Below, piece by piece: positions 42,193-56,137 of a DNA stretch of 64,000 nucleotides. The stretch comes from the human T2T-CHM13v2.0 reference genome, Homo sapiens. Where the stretch lies: NCBI RefSeq assembly GCF_009914755.1, contig NC_060934.1. One strand, 5' to 3'. Under the pieces are notes generated by a model, which had not been told where the DNA came from, did no database searches, and saw only the letters and a list, made by a program, of their open reading frames with translations. A program made the position numbers and the translations under genes. Each line of letters starts with the position of its first letter. Within the stretch, counting starts at the first letter, position 1.

Positions 42193-43269
42193 GAAAATGT
42201 ATGTCTACACAAAAAAATTACATGGATGTTAATAACAACTTTATACATAATTGCCAAAACTTGGAAGCAACCAAGATTCCTGTCAGTAGGTGAATGGATA
42301 AACTGTGATACATCCAGACGATGGAAGCCTTAAGAAATGCACTATTAAGCCATGAAAATATATGTAGAAACTTTAAATAGATACTACTAAATGAAAAAGC
42401 CAATCTGAAGAGGCTACATACCATATGATTTCATATATATATATATATATGTAAAACATTCTGGAAAAGGCAAAACTTTGGAGACAGTAAAAAGATCTAT
42501 GGTTAACAGTAGTTAGCGAGGAGAGGGGAATGAATGGGCAGACCACAGAGTATTTTTAAGGCAGTGAAACTATTCTGTACGATTCTACAATGGTAAGTGT
42601 CATTATACTTTTGTCAAAACCAAAAGAATGCACACCTCTAAGGGTGACCCCTAATGTAAACTGTGGACTTTGGGTAGTGATGTGTCAGTGTAGGTTCATT
42701 GATTGTCACAAATGTGCCACCCTGGTGCTGCTGGGATACTGAAAGTGAGGGAGGGTGTGTGTGTGTTGGGGAGGCGGGTAGGGGGTAGATGGGATATCTC
42801 TGTACCATCCTTTCAATTTTGCTGTGAACCTAAAACTCTGCTGAAAATACAATTTATCTGAAAATAGTAATAAAAATTCAGCTTCCATAGTTTAGCCCTA
42901 GTCCTAGAGAATCCAAATATGGGTGGAGTGAGAAAAGGGTGACAGGAACCTGCATCTGAAACAATAGCTCCCCAGGATTCCTAAACACATGGATGGCTAA
43001 GAACTGTTGTGTGAGAAGATTCAGTCACTGGCAGATCATTGAGCAAACACATTTCCTTCCCATCCCACCTTCTCCATTTCTGGTTTCCCTGATGGTTGGG
43101 CTGATCCTCTCTTTATATCACTGGTTTTAAAAACTGCTGCTTCTATGAAGTGTTTTATTATTTAGCTAGTCAGCACTGAGTCTTCCTTCTCCTAAATTTG
43201 TAGAAATCAGTCACTATTTTATTGCTCTTTTTCCATGTGTGTATGTTCACTTTTTCTAGCATAGACAGG

Positions 43270-43720
43270 CAGCTTTATTGTAAATGGTAAGGGGCACAGT
43301 CAGATGGCCTGGGATCAAATCCCATTTCTGCCACTCATTGTTGGTGTGACTTAGGGAATGTCACTTAATCTCTCTGTGCCCAGACTCCCTCATCTGTGAA
43401 AATGGGGGAATCAAGAGGGCCTATTTCATATGGAAGTTTGGGCTACTAAGTTAGGGCACAGTCACTTCTATTAGTTTTCTGCTTTCTCTTTTCTCTTAGA
43501 GGAAGGCAGCGTAGGGGAGTGGGCAGGCTCTGCAGCCCAACAGATCTTTGATTATAACCTCGGAAAAATTATTAAACCTTTTAGAACTATAATTTCCTCA
43601 CTTGTAAAATGGGAGTAAGAATGTCTACTTATCAGTGTAATTTTGAGGAATGTAAAAATATCACCTCTCTTAAAGGGCCAGCTCCCCACCAGCCACAGAT
43701 GAATGCTCAATTGAAGTGAA
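43270..43720 (+). mobile_element. Two MIR SINEs
   Basis: tcacttaatctctctgtgcccagactccctcatctgtgaaaatgggg and aatttcctcacttgtaaaatgggag. Confidence 0.75.
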
Positions 43721-45069
43721 TATCCCTTTTGAGCCTGTCACTCATGCTGCTGTGAACATAGTGAGGACTGAATGAGTGTGGGAATGAATGATGCATTGCG
43801 GTTCAGTGTAGATGGGATCTTTGAAGGTAAGATATGGATCTGTTGCTGACATGATTTTTACATCTTAGGACTTTCATCTAGGGATGTATGTTTTGAAGCA
43901 GGGCCCGAAAGAAGGAACTGAAGCATTGAGGGATGCATTTAATTCTTACACCAAAATCTTACATGAATTTACAGATACGTAAACTCTTACAGTGTCATTG
44001 TAGTACACAGCAAGGGCAAGCTTCAGATCTGTTAAAAAATTGGAAATTTCTACCACTTTTGAAGGTCTTAAGTTTAAACACTGATAAGAATAGAACTTAC
44101 AATGATTCTGAAAGATCCTGGCTTCTTTGATGTTAAAATGGGAATTGTATTCTCTGAGACCTACTTCCCATTGCCAGCTCACTAAGCAATTGCTCACATT
44201 TTCTCTTTTTACTTTATTATATTTTAAGACATTTAAAATATTTTGGTGAGTCATTCTTCTTGGTAATTAGTTGTAGTGATTAGAATAGCTTTTATATTCT
44301 AAGGCATTAAGTTTATTTTATACACCTCAACATTATTTTCGGTAATGACCTAGAATTTAACAACGGTTTTGCAAAGATTCTGGCTCTCTGAAGCCAAGAG
44401 ATGGGGAGACTGTCAGGTGATAGGAAGGGAGGGCCTAAAATCTCCATATTCTGCTTTTATTAGGCAATCAAGATGAGAAAATAGCAAGAAAGAAAAGTTG
44501 AAAAGCAGCCACAACAAAGATGAGATTTTATAGGGTTTATACAAAGTTGATTTTTCAAAATCTTGTAATAGTTTTTGGAATTGAGATAATACTTTTAAAC
44601 CTGAACTGATGGATCTCTTTGGAATTTACAGAAAGAGGTGCTAGGCTATGATTTCCCCAAAAAAGTAATTGACTTATCCTGGGAATAGCCAGGAAGCAGC
44701 AAAGCTGGGAAAGTGGGGAGTGTGTAGGACCATGAAATCTGGCTTCCTGATTGGATGGAGCAAAAACAAAGAGAGGAAAGATACTCAGTTTCACCACTGT
44801 GTGGTTCAAGAGTCCAGTTAAGACCTATTGAGCATCTACAGAATCTGGTTCCCTGAAAAATGAAACATAAACAGAATTTGTTGCTATTAAATGCTATGGA
44901 CAACTTTTGGACATCAAAGAGGTCACCATTCTGGTAGTGGGGCCTGGAGTCATGTGCTCAGAGATCTTGGAGAGAGAGCATAGAGAGTAGGAGACACCAA
45001 ATTGAGTTTTTTCACTCTTTTCTCTTTCCCTCCTATGGCCCTGATTAGTTTGGAGCATAGGCGAGGCTT

Positions 45070-45523
45070 CTGTTATCATGAAACCCAGAATGCTGAAGCT
45101 TGAACAATATGGAGATTTCTTTCTCTCCAATGTCCAGGTGTAGATGGGTGGTCCAGAGAGGGGAGGTAGTTCTGCTCCGCAAGGTCATCCAGAGACCCAG
45201 GCTTCATCCACCTTGTTGCTCTACCACCCTCTAAGTTTGTCCTTTTCACATAGTTGAAGCTACTCATTGTCACATGCATGCTGATAGGGAGACAGAAATT
45301 TCTTTTAATGAAGTGACTCAGAAATTGCATGTGTCACTTTCACTCACATTTCACTGGATAAAAAGCAAAACAAACAAAAACTTAGACTCATGGTCACTTC
45401 TAGCTACAAGGAAAGTAGAGAAGTCTGTAGCTGTATGGAGACTGAAATTTGGTAGAAGTGGTTCTGTTTCTAAAAGAAAGAGAGGGGATGGGTGAGGGAG
45501 GAGAGCTGGTAGTCTCTGTTACA
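45070..45523 (-). mobile_element. MLT1J/K-like MaLR LTR
   Basis: ggtcatccagagacccaggcttc...cttgttgctctaccacc; ends tctctgttaca. Confidence 0.65.
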
Positions 45524-46299
45524 GATCCCAAGACTCTGTTAAGTCAGTGGCTTTCTGATTCTGCTGTGAGGTCCCTTAGGGTTCCTCAGATTTCTCTCAG
45601 GAGCTGCCTGTAGGGGAATGGAGAGGCTGTGGGCTGAGCACTGAGCATTGGGATTCCAAACCTCTCCTCAACCAGCTCACCTTGATTTTACCTGTATTAT
45701 GCATTGGGTTTTCACATAACTTTCCCTTAAAGAAGGTTTTCCTGGGCTGAAATATTTTTGAAAATCACTTCTGTAAGCACTTTCTATAATCCTGTGTGTT
45801 GCCCATCACTAGCACTTTTTCCCTTCTCCCTTATTGCCACTCTCCCTTTCTGGCTATCTCTGGGTTGCTGTTTATAGGGAATGCGTTTAATGTTTCTATG
45901 TGAGTCCCCAGGCTCATTTATTCACTCAAGCTCTCACTGCAGGTGAGTGACCCCATTTTTTACTTCTGGGTTCTCATGAAAGGCAGTATTATTTTTCTGA
46001 TCATTTTCTCCTCCAGCTCTTCCTTGGAGAGTCCTCTGCCTCCTCCAGGGCCCAAGGTTTCCTTTCTTGACTAAATTTACTGCTGTCACAGGGATTTCCA
46101 GCTCCCTACTAAAGGCTGTTTCAAGCTCCAGAGAAAGACCAGCCCCATCCTCTTTTACCACACAAGACTGAGACCCAAGTCAGCCCTGGAGAACTGTTTT
46201 GGGGTTTCTATTCACAAGTTTGTGGAGCTATATCATCCTTTGCCTCCTCTAATTACCTTGTTGGCATAAACGGTTCTATTATTTTAATAATACCTTGAA

Positions 46300-46530
46300 A
46301 TTTCTTAGGGCTTTTCAATTTCCACAGCTTTTTCACATGGATCATCTCACTTGATTCTGACAAGTGTCCAGAAGATGAGCATCTCTAGAATGCGAATTTT
46401 GAAGATGAGGAGGCAGGTGCTTTGCAAAGATGAAGGAACCTGGCCCAAGGCCATATGACCACTAAGTGGCCAAATTAGGATTTGAATTTCGTTCTTCCAG
46501 CCTTACATTTCATGTTCAGAAACTCTTGAC
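46300..46530 (-). mobile_element. MIR SINE
   Basis: ttttgaagatgaggaggcagg...cctggcccaaggcca...taggatttgaa. Confidence 0.7.
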
Positions 46531-49374
46531 TATATGAATTGTAGAGAGCATGAAACAGGTTGTTGAAAGTTTCATGATTTTTGCTTCATAGGAGGGGCCC
46601 AAAGCAAATGTTAGTTTTCTTCCTTCCTTATTCTACCTGATACTTTGGTAAGGTGCCCTCACTTGCATGATTTTATATATTCTTCACAGTAGTCCTGGGA
46701 GTAGGCAGGGTGGCTATGGTTATCTGCATTGCAAAGATACAGAGGCCACGATAGAGGAAGTGACTCTACCACTGTCACACAGTTAGCAGTAAAACCCATC
46801 AACCAGGGCATAGTGCAGTCCTGTTCCATGAGCTGAGCTGCATCGTGGAAGTAGGATCTTAATGCATTTATTTTGAAAGTTGATATTCAATCTTCAGAAG
46901 TCAACAAAACTCCTGGCAGAGATAGAATAAGATTTGGAGATTTGATACCATTTAGGAAACCAGAATAGATGCCAAATTATCTGGCATGAGTTGGGCAAAC
47001 TTACTTGATTTCAACTGGAAAGACTGGTGATGGACTGGCTGGTTGGTGTGAGCCTCCTGTGTGCCTTAGGAAAGGGTGGACTCTAGCTAGATACTCTGAG
47101 GTTTCATTCATTCACTTGTGCATTGATGTTATCTAGTCACTCAAATAAGTGGAGTTTAGATAAGTAGATCCATGAGAGAAGACAAACGATGAGTGTCACC
47201 CTTAGTTGATTCTCAGATATTGCATAGAACTGACTCAGCTTTCTAATACACCTCACTCACACATAATGAACACCCATCTGTCACTCAGTGAGTCATCAAG
47301 GGGCCATAAGCCATGGACCCTGCACTTCAGTTGCTTACCCTTGAGTAGAAGGAAGGAGACATGTACACAAATAACTAATACAATGAGAATGTTATTGGGG
47401 TTATAGGAGAGATGCAGATGCAAATTGTCTTGAGAACACAGAGGATGGGAGTAATTCCAGTTGAAGGGCCTGGGAAGCTTTCATGGAGGAGGAACCACAT
47501 GAAATAGCTTGACTAATTTTGAGAGGGTGACTGAAAGTCATCCAAGCCTCAAGAAGGAACATGAGCACAGGCTCAGAAATGGAAAAATGCAAGGAATAGT
47601 TAGGAAATCTCAAATTTTCACATGTTGTTTGAAAGTGGTTTTGGCTAGAAGAGTGTGGAAGACATTTTTTTTAAAAGGTGGGTTGGAGTCAATTTCATGA
47701 AATTGGAGGTGGGGCCAAAGAGTCACCCTGAGGAGTCAGGATTTACCATGGGAGGTAGTAGGGAGAAATGTCAGTTTCCAAGTGGTGTGTGATAGAATTT
47801 GACAAGGCTTGAGGATGGATACCAGTTGTAACTACTCTTCTTGATGGTGGGATCTAGGGACATCCAGAGTAGGGAAGGGACCTGATGCAAGTAAAAGCCA
47901 CAGCACCCATTCTCACATTTCCCCTGCCTTCAATTCCTGTCATTTCCCAGCCTTCTCATGTTCTTCATGCTTCAGTTTGTGGTTCCAGGCTTCCTCTCTT
48001 CATACCTCACACTCTCTACCCTTGCACAAACTCTCTTCTTCCTGTTCTTGCTTTCCCCTCTTTACTTATTCTTTTCTTTCTTTTTCTCTTTTTCTCTCTT
48101 GCGTGTGTAAGTCGTAGTATTTTGTAAACCCCTATGTCAGATATCCTGCTTCTCTTCTTACAGATCATCCTGGTCTGCATTATGAGGCCCATGGAATGGA
48201 GCAAGTGTTGGGAGATAAGTTTGGAATATTTGGGGGTTAATATTTTTGGCCACTTTTTTACTTTCTGTAAAGTAAGCCAAGTTATCCTTAGCTTCCAGAT
48301 GAGAAAGCAGAAGCACAGAGAGGCCAAGTGTCCTTCCTAAGACCACATGGCTAGTAATTTAGAAAGCCAGGAATCTAAACAGGATATTCCTGACTAACCT
48401 ATACTACGTCTTTCCACCATTCTAGCTGTCTCCTCTGAGTGTCCTTCCTTTGTGCCCAGAGGGTAAGTTTAGGCATAGAGAAGTTTGAAGACCAGTTACA
48501 GGTGACACAATAGGATTATGGATAGTGGCTTCAAAAAAACAGCAGCATAATGTCTCTGAATGTGACTTATGATGCTGTAAGTTCTAGAACCCTCTTCAGT
48601 TGGGGTGACATGAGAGTAATCATGGTAGTGGCATTGTAAATCAAAACAATTGCTTTGGAAGCCAACGTTGCAAGATGTACCCAAAGCCACAACATTGTTT
48701 ATTACCTTTGACTAAGTAATATTACACCTTGGAATTTATCCTAGGGACTTGTTCAAAACTGAAAATATGCTAAATGCATAAAAACACATTAAAAGGGAAA
48801 TAACGTAAGTTTTGTTTCATAATAACAATAATGACCATTTTGAAGGCTTTGTGGAAAAATGAGAATATATTAATAGGTTAGTTGTCAACAAAAAAGTAGT
48901 TTAAAATGGTATATGTACTTGATCCTAACTCTGTACAAAGGTCTACATTTTGTCCAACTACAAAGAAATCATAAAGATAGGAACAGTTGTAAGAGGCTAG
49001 TGTGATTATGGGTGACCTTTTCTTTCTCCTACAAATTATCTTGGATGTTTTGTGGTTTTCATAATGAAACACATGGAAGAGAACTAAGGGGTGTTTGCCG
49101 TTTTAGGGTTTAGTCTGAGCTGTTGAGATCTCCCTTTCCATTTTGGATGATGACACATTCTGGAAAACTTTCTGGACCTTGGGGAATTTTTGGGAAGAAC
49201 CAGATTCTTTAGAGTACATCCTAATGTAGCCCAAATGTTTTCTTCTTGCATTCAGAATGCCTCTGGGAAAATCTAGGATGTGGATTCCCAGGAAGCATTT
49301 TCAGACCCTTGTGGACTGTTGCTTTTAAGAAATGGTCTGCTCTTTATAATCTCTTCACTAAGCTCCTTGCTCTC

Positions 49375-49439
49375 TGTGTGTGTGTGCGCATGTGTGTGTG
49401 TGCGTGTGTGTGCATGCATGCGTGCGCATGCACATGCAT
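49375..49439. repeat. Alternating purine-pyrimidine tract (TG/CG/CA)
   Basis: About 65 bp of unbroken RY alternation. Confidence 0.9.
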
Positions 49440-50434
49440 TTTGTACAAAAACATACCACTTTTTATTCCATTTTCAGCTGAGTGACAATATGGTACATTC
49501 TGTTTGGGGATTCCTTGGCCCATGGAGAGGTCTTGAGGAATTCATGAACACCCAGATATGAAGTGGAAATTTTTATGTGAATACATTATATATTTCTTTG
49601 GAGAGAGTATCTACCATTTAATCATTTCCTTTAAGAGTTCTTAAAACCTCTAAATTTAAGACAAACATGAACTATCAGGGCAAGGTAAAAAATAGAGGTT
49701 ACTAAACTGGAGGACATTGGAAGAAGAAAAGAGATGAGTGGCTTTCTAGAAGTCTAAGAATCCTACGTTTAGAGCGTCTCAGGTTGTGGGGGAGGGTGGA
49801 GCAGCATCCATTCTCCAAGTGCTTTCTTCACCTCTTTTCTCTTTATTTTTTTGAAACGTGAGGCTGATTTTTGTAGTTGAACTTCTTGAATATGAGGGTG
49901 ACAGCTCAAAAGCTAAAATCATTCTGTGGCTTCCAACACTTGCTGCTCTCCCAGCTTGTAACAGATGGATTTATAGCGATGATTCCATAGAATGTGATGC
50001 ATGAGGGAGTTGTCCTCACACCAGAAAAAAAGGCTTCGTAATTTACTTTCAAATCTGGTTTTGAGTGAGGGCTGGAAGGCCTGCCTCTGCCATGATATGA
50101 AATGGATTCCCAGGAAGGGGTATGGCTCAGTTGTCTGACCTTTACAGCATATTTAAATGTATATTATGGTGTTCACAGTCGTAAATAATATAGCTAAGGT
50201 TATGCACAGGGGAGAGCTGAGGGAAACATTTGCAGTAAAGCTGTGGGCTGCCCTGGCGGGAAGACAGGCACTTGGCTTTGAACTGGAATTTGGAATCTGG
50301 GTGGGGGGAGTGAGAGCAAATATTTTCCAAATGGTTGCCAGTTGCTTTGGCACCAACAGAACTAGGACTTCTGAAGCAGAAGAAGCAGGATACGTTCTGC
50401 TTTTGTGAGTTGGTGAAGGACATCAGAGTGGATC

Positions 50435-51340
50435 TTCATTTATCCATTTACCAAGGATTTATTTAGCAAGTACTATATTCTGGACACTAGGGGCTGAGGA
50501 TGTAAAGACAGGGCTTTTGCTTCAAATAGTAAACAAGAAAATAGTGGATAGAAATAAATAAATTAGTATAATGTGTAATACAGGAGAAGCATGCATAGAG
50601 CACAGAGATAGCATGAAAAGGAATGGCTGACTCTAAATGGGGGCAACAGGGAACAATGAAAATATGGAGGTAAATGTATGATTTGGGTTTTGAAGGATAG
50701 GCATTCACCTGTAATGGATGATGGGAAGGACATTCAGATGGAGGGAAAAACATGTGTGAAGGCCTGGAATCAAAAAAGAGAATGAGGCATTGAGTAAAGG
50801 CAATTTGCAGTTGTTTCCATGTAAATGAGATGGTGGAAACCATCAGTAGATAAGGAGACTGGAGCCCATCATGAAGAAGCTCTATCAGCCATCTTATGAA
50901 GGTAAATTAACTAACATCTACTGAGTATTTACATCAGTTATTCTACTGAATACTTTGATGTGCACAATCCTATGAAGCAGATACTAGAATTATCCCATTT
51001 TACAGTTAAGGGAGTGGAGGCTCAGAGAACAGAGAATGAAGTAACCTGTCAAAAGTCACACAGCAGAAATGGACTGCTGGTAACTTGAAGACGTGCTGGT
51101 GATAGAAATAGAAGTAAATGGATTTGAGAAATATTTCGAGGGCAAAATCAACCCATTGATTGCGTTGGCTATAGTAAAATGAGGGAGAAAGCAAGGAAAG
51201 ATTTAAGAATGATTTTTCATTTTTTGTCATATAAAATGGGAAGGATAGTTACGCCATTCACAGAACAGTAGAGGTTTTGGGAGGTAGAACATGGGTTCAG
51301 TTTCAAATGTCTTGAGTTTTAGATACCTTTAGGATATACA
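50435..51340 (-). mobile_element. L2 remnant with nested MIR (~50905-51090)
   Basis: L2 tail cattta...ttatttagcaagtacta; atggatttgagaaatattt; MIR cccattttacagttaaggg...aaagtcacacagc. Confidence 0.7.
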
Positions 51341-51374
51341 AATAGGATTTAAAAGCTGAAATAGCCTATTTGTC

Positions 51375-51848
51375 ATTCATCTCCCAAGACTTAGTGTCTT
51401 AATTAGTTGCCTAAGCGTTCTGTGAGTTGGCAATTTTGGCTGGGCTCAGCTGATCAGTTGTTCTGGTCTTGGTTGGGATTCCTCATACATTTGTAGTCAT
51501 GCCCATGCCAGCTAACTGGCCCTGCTCCTGGGGGTTGGCTGGCTGTCAGCTGGGGTGCTAGGGAAGCCAGACATGTGTCTCATCCTCCAGCAGGCTAGCC
51601 CAGGCTTGTTCTTGTGGCTAGGCATGGTTCTCAAAGAGCAAGTAGAAACATGCAATGTCTCTGGAGACCTGGACTCAGAACTGTAGCACCATTGTTTCTG
51701 TCATATTGTTTTGGGCAAAACAAGTAAAACGCCAACCTATATTTAAAGCCTGGGGTGATTGACTCTTGATTGAAGCTCAAGTTACAACAGGAAATGAGTG
51801 TGGTTGCAGGAATGTGTGACATCATGGCCACTGCTGCAGTTGGCCACA
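51375..51848 (-). mobile_element. MLT1G/H-like MaLR LTR
   Basis: ttctgtgagttggcaattttggctgggctcagctg; ctcatcctccagcaggctagcccaggcttgttc. Confidence 0.7.
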
Positions 51849-54074
51849 CCTGTTCTCCAAGCGGGACTGCTTTATAGTTTAGAGCACATCTTGTACCACC
51901 TTCCAGCTCTTACTCATGATGTCTCCATCCTCATTTAATGAGCATTATTTTGTCGTCTGTTGTGTGGGATAGCTACTCTACTAGTTGCTTGGGGATACAG
52001 AAATGAATAAAACGTACTCCCAGCATATGAGGTTAAGGATGGTCATGTAGCCTGTTAGTGGTGAAAGTGAAGTTGCTCATCGAGCCACAGACTGTACACA
52101 GTGTCCTTTATTTGATGTTCTCCTGATGTAACCATGTTGAAGCCTCAGCCCCCTGGGATAGGGGCTGCTTCCTGGAGCTTTGCATGAAATGTGTCACCCA
52201 CCAGTGGGTTGGACTATTTCTGAACATGCTTCCGACAGAAAGCATGTTCTTGTTTAAGCAGAGCCATATGCCACATCTTGAATGTTAAAATTTAGCCACC
52301 ACTGAGTCATCTAGAGATGAAATAAAGGTTATGAGATTTTAAAAGCAGAAATAAAGGATTTTCACCTCTATTTTTATAATAGTTTTTTTCTGAATATAAA
52401 AGAAATAGGAGTATCTGTTGTAAGAAATTAGAAAATCTGAAAACATATAGTGAGGGAAACAGAAATGGCCTGTCACGCACTGGAGATTATGTTAACATAC
52501 GTGTACATTTATTTTGTAAAATTAGATGAACACTTTATATAAAGATTTATATTTAACATTGTCATCATATAGTGTGTATATTTTTTAAACACTTGTTAAT
52601 GGTATATGTACTGTTTTATGGATTGCATTTTACACTTAACATTATACAAGTAGACATTTCAATATTGTAAAGTAAAATGTAGAAATATAATTTCAGTCTC
52701 ATCATATTAAGTAGTACAGTTTAATTATATGATTATTTGGCTGTTTATGTTGTTTCTGATAATGTGCTATTATAAATAATGCTTTATGACCTTCCTGAAA
52801 CCTAAATCATGTGGGCATCTGATTATTTCTGCTGTACATAGTCTTAGAAGTGGAAATACTGGGCCAGAGGGTATAAGTGTTTTTAAAAGATTTCCGATAG
52901 ATATTGGGAATTTACTTTGCTGAAAGGTGGTATAGCAGTTACATACTTGTCATCTGATTTTCTTTGCCTTGAGAACTATCTGGGTGGCTATTGTGGAAAC
53001 TTTCCTAGCAAATATTTGTTTATTTATTGTTTCCTTCATTCACTTATTCATTTATTCAGTAAACATTTATAGAGCGATAGTGCCTAGGGAGAAATAAAAA
53101 TGTCTGAGACAGATGGTTACACAATATCATGCATTTTTCAAAACTCATAGAGATGTATACCACAAAGAGTGAATTGTACTGTATGTAAATTTAAAAAACA
53201 AAATTCTAAAAATGATTAAGAAAAGCCCATTGCTTCAAGGAACTTAAAATCCAGGGAAAGAGATAAGACATGCACGTAATAATTATAACACAAAACAACA
53301 TATTAAAAGTACCATATAGGAAGGGAAAATATTTACTGGTACATTTCGTGTGCCAGGAACTGGACCAGATATTTTACACATTCATTCATTTGTTCATTTC
53401 CTGGCAATACAAAGATGAAAAACCTGAGTGCCTGTTCTCAAAGAGGTCCCAGCTTCATGGGAGTGGGACCTGCAAACAATCAACCACCACCACGATAATT
53501 ACTCTAAGTTGCACATGCAAGAGAACAGAACTTGCCTGAGGGAGTTGAGGCTGGTTTCTGAGAAGAGAGGGAACTTGCCAGGAGACATGAAGGAACACAG
53601 TGCTTTGCCTCATTTACTCCTCACAGTTGCCTGGTGAGGCAGAGCTTTCACACTTATTTTACACAGGAGGAAATGGAAGCTATAGAGCTTAAGTGAAGTG
53701 TCTTGCCGAAGGTCACACAGCTGAAAAGTGGCAGAGCCACAAATTTTGCCTAGATATGTGCTTTCTGTCCTAGTCACTAGATCCCTAGAAAGGGACTGGA
53801 ATTTAGGATAAGCATTGCAGGATGGGGAGGAAGTAGCTCTGGAGTAAGCCAAGAGCAGCATCTCATGGGGAGAGGTTCATACGCAGGGAGTCAGGTCAGA
53901 GACCAGAGGCTCATTTAGCGGAGCGGTGCAGGGCAGATGATGGTGGCAGCCAGATAGTAGACAGCCTTACATTCTCGGCTGAAGGCTATGGACTTTTGCA
54001 GGCAGGGAAATGATTGATGTTTTGAGAACAAAGGAATGGCCTGCCAAGAGATGTGCATCAGAAAACATCAATCT

Positions 54075-54196
54075 GGTCTCAATATATGTTATTTGGGTGA
54101 TGGATACCCTGAAAGCCCTGCTTGACTATTATGCAATCTATGCATCTAATGAAATTATACGTGTGCCCCATACATTTATATAAACAAAAATAAAAG
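54075..54196 (+). mobile_element. L1MA-type extreme 3' end
   Basis: ttgggtgatggataccctgaaagccctg...atgcaatctatgcat followed by an A-rich tail. Confidence 0.7.
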
Positions 54197-54339
54197 GAAT
54201 TGACAACCTAGAAAAAACAAAGAGGAATGAATAAATGGAAATGCCAAAGAGAAAAAAAATAACTTGGTAGTAGCACCCTGAAAGGATCCAGATGAAGGGT
54301 AGACAGAGATTTCCATCTCTCTTGGAGAACTCTCCTGTT

Positions 54340-54570
54340 CAGTGGTAGCGCACCTAGAATGTCAGAGTAAGGACACAGTGCATCTTAGTCCAGTGATCAC
54401 TTCCCCACTAGCTAGGCCCCATCCTTAGTTATTCCCAAGATTTTGTTTCCTTATTCCAGCAGTTGCGTATCTAAAATGTCAGAGTAAGGACGCAGTACAC
54501 CTTAGCCCAGTGATCACTTCCTCACTAGTTAGGTCCATCCTTAGTTATTTCCAAGATTTTGTTTCCTTTA
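54340..54570 (+). repeat. ~117-bp tandem duplication (2 copies)
   Basis: aatgtcagagtaagga...cagtgatcacttcc...atccttagttatt...ccaagattttgtttcctt repeated at about 90% identity. Confidence 0.9.
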
Positions 54571-55199
54571 TGAATCCTGTCAAAATAGTAGACAAACTGA
54601 GACCTAGCTTTTGTTGTATTATTTCAGTTAAAGCAAATAAACAAAACCTCTTCTACTCAAATATTATTTCCTTTGCCTTTTCTACCTCTACTTCCAGCTG
54701 GCGATTCCAAAAATAAAAAGCTTTGTTTCCTCAAATAATAACAATGCACAATGTTGGAATATTCCAGTGAGTCATACATTGGTAGTCACACACAGGGATG
54801 GGGGCGACTTTAACCTGAAAACTCCAGCCCCTAATGGGCCTTTCCCATTGGAACCAGGTTTTACTCTTAAGGGCCTGGGTGGAGCTTGGGCCCTAAGTGT
54901 GGGCTATAAGCAGGGGCTGGATGAGTAGACAGCAAGGCAGTGCTGTGGAGTCTAGCTTGGAAAGGTAAACATCCAGAGCCAGTAGAGCTCAAAAGCTCTC
55001 AAAGGGTAACCAGAGCAGTATTTGGAGGAAGTATGCACCAGTTTCATCCCCATGTCCTTCTTGAAGGGGATGCTGTGGGTGGATCATGGGTATATGGATT
55101 TTAAGTCTTTAAGAATCAGAATGTAGAGCCCACCTATTTCTTTTCTGTGGCACTGCAATTTGCCCCCAGCTCTAACTTCAAAACACAGGGCCTTGGTCT

Positions 55200-55710
55200 T
55201 TAGTTCCAAAATCATCTTAGGATAGTTTTCTTACTCCATGGCCTACTGGGCCCTGGCCTGCTTCACCATTTTTTCAACTTCATCTCAGATTTATCCACCA
55301 CCCTCCAGGCTCCCTGACTTTCCTTTGGTCTCTTAAATGTGCCAAAGTATTTTCAGCTTCAGGGCCTTCACTGCTGCTATTCCCTGTGAGCACAGTGCCT
55401 TTCCTTTTGCTCTTCCTCAAGTGACCAGACAGTTCCCACGACCCGTTCACCATCTGCTAAGGGTGTTTGTGACTTCACATTGTGAAAGGTATCCTCACTT
55501 TATTATTCTCTAATTCAGGAAACTTCATTGCAATTAGAGATTATATATTTATTTTTTTGTTTAGTTTACAAGACTCAGTCACCCCTACGACTAGATTTTA
55601 TGCTCCATGAATTTAGGGCTGGCCTGTTTTATGTACTAATATACTAATCTACATACTCAGTTCAGTGATGGGATCACAGAAGGGGCTTCAGTAACATTTG
55701 TGGAAGGATT
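55200..55710 (+). mobile_element. L2 3' remnant
   Basis: cttcagggccttcactgctgctattccc, ctagattttatgctccatga, cagtaacatttgtggaaggattgaa. Confidence 0.6.
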
Positions 55711-56105
55711 GAACCTGGGTCATTTCCTTACCGTAGCCTTAGCAACTCATTTCCAGTGTGCTGGGTGCATGTATAGGACAGAACAGGGTGGCTCTCTGCT
55801 CTACAGCGTTGGGTCTAATGGCCTGTCCCACACCCCTTAGCCTCTCTTCATGGGTTGGTTGGAGCTGATGGCGCCAAATGAGAAGATCCCACTGAAGATG
55901 CTCCAGGGGCTGGCAAGAATCACTTTAAAGAAAAATAATCTATCTCTTCCATGAAATGAAAATAGTAACCAGGACGATAATGTTTTCATGGGTTTGAGAA
56001 AAAAAAAATTTCTTCCACCATTGTCGTGATCATTTTGGAAATTCTAAAATCTGTTTCTCTGGGCAAAGAAAAAATTTATCTCACTGATGAAGTATATTTA
56101 AGGGA

Positions 56106-56137
<32 letters not shown>

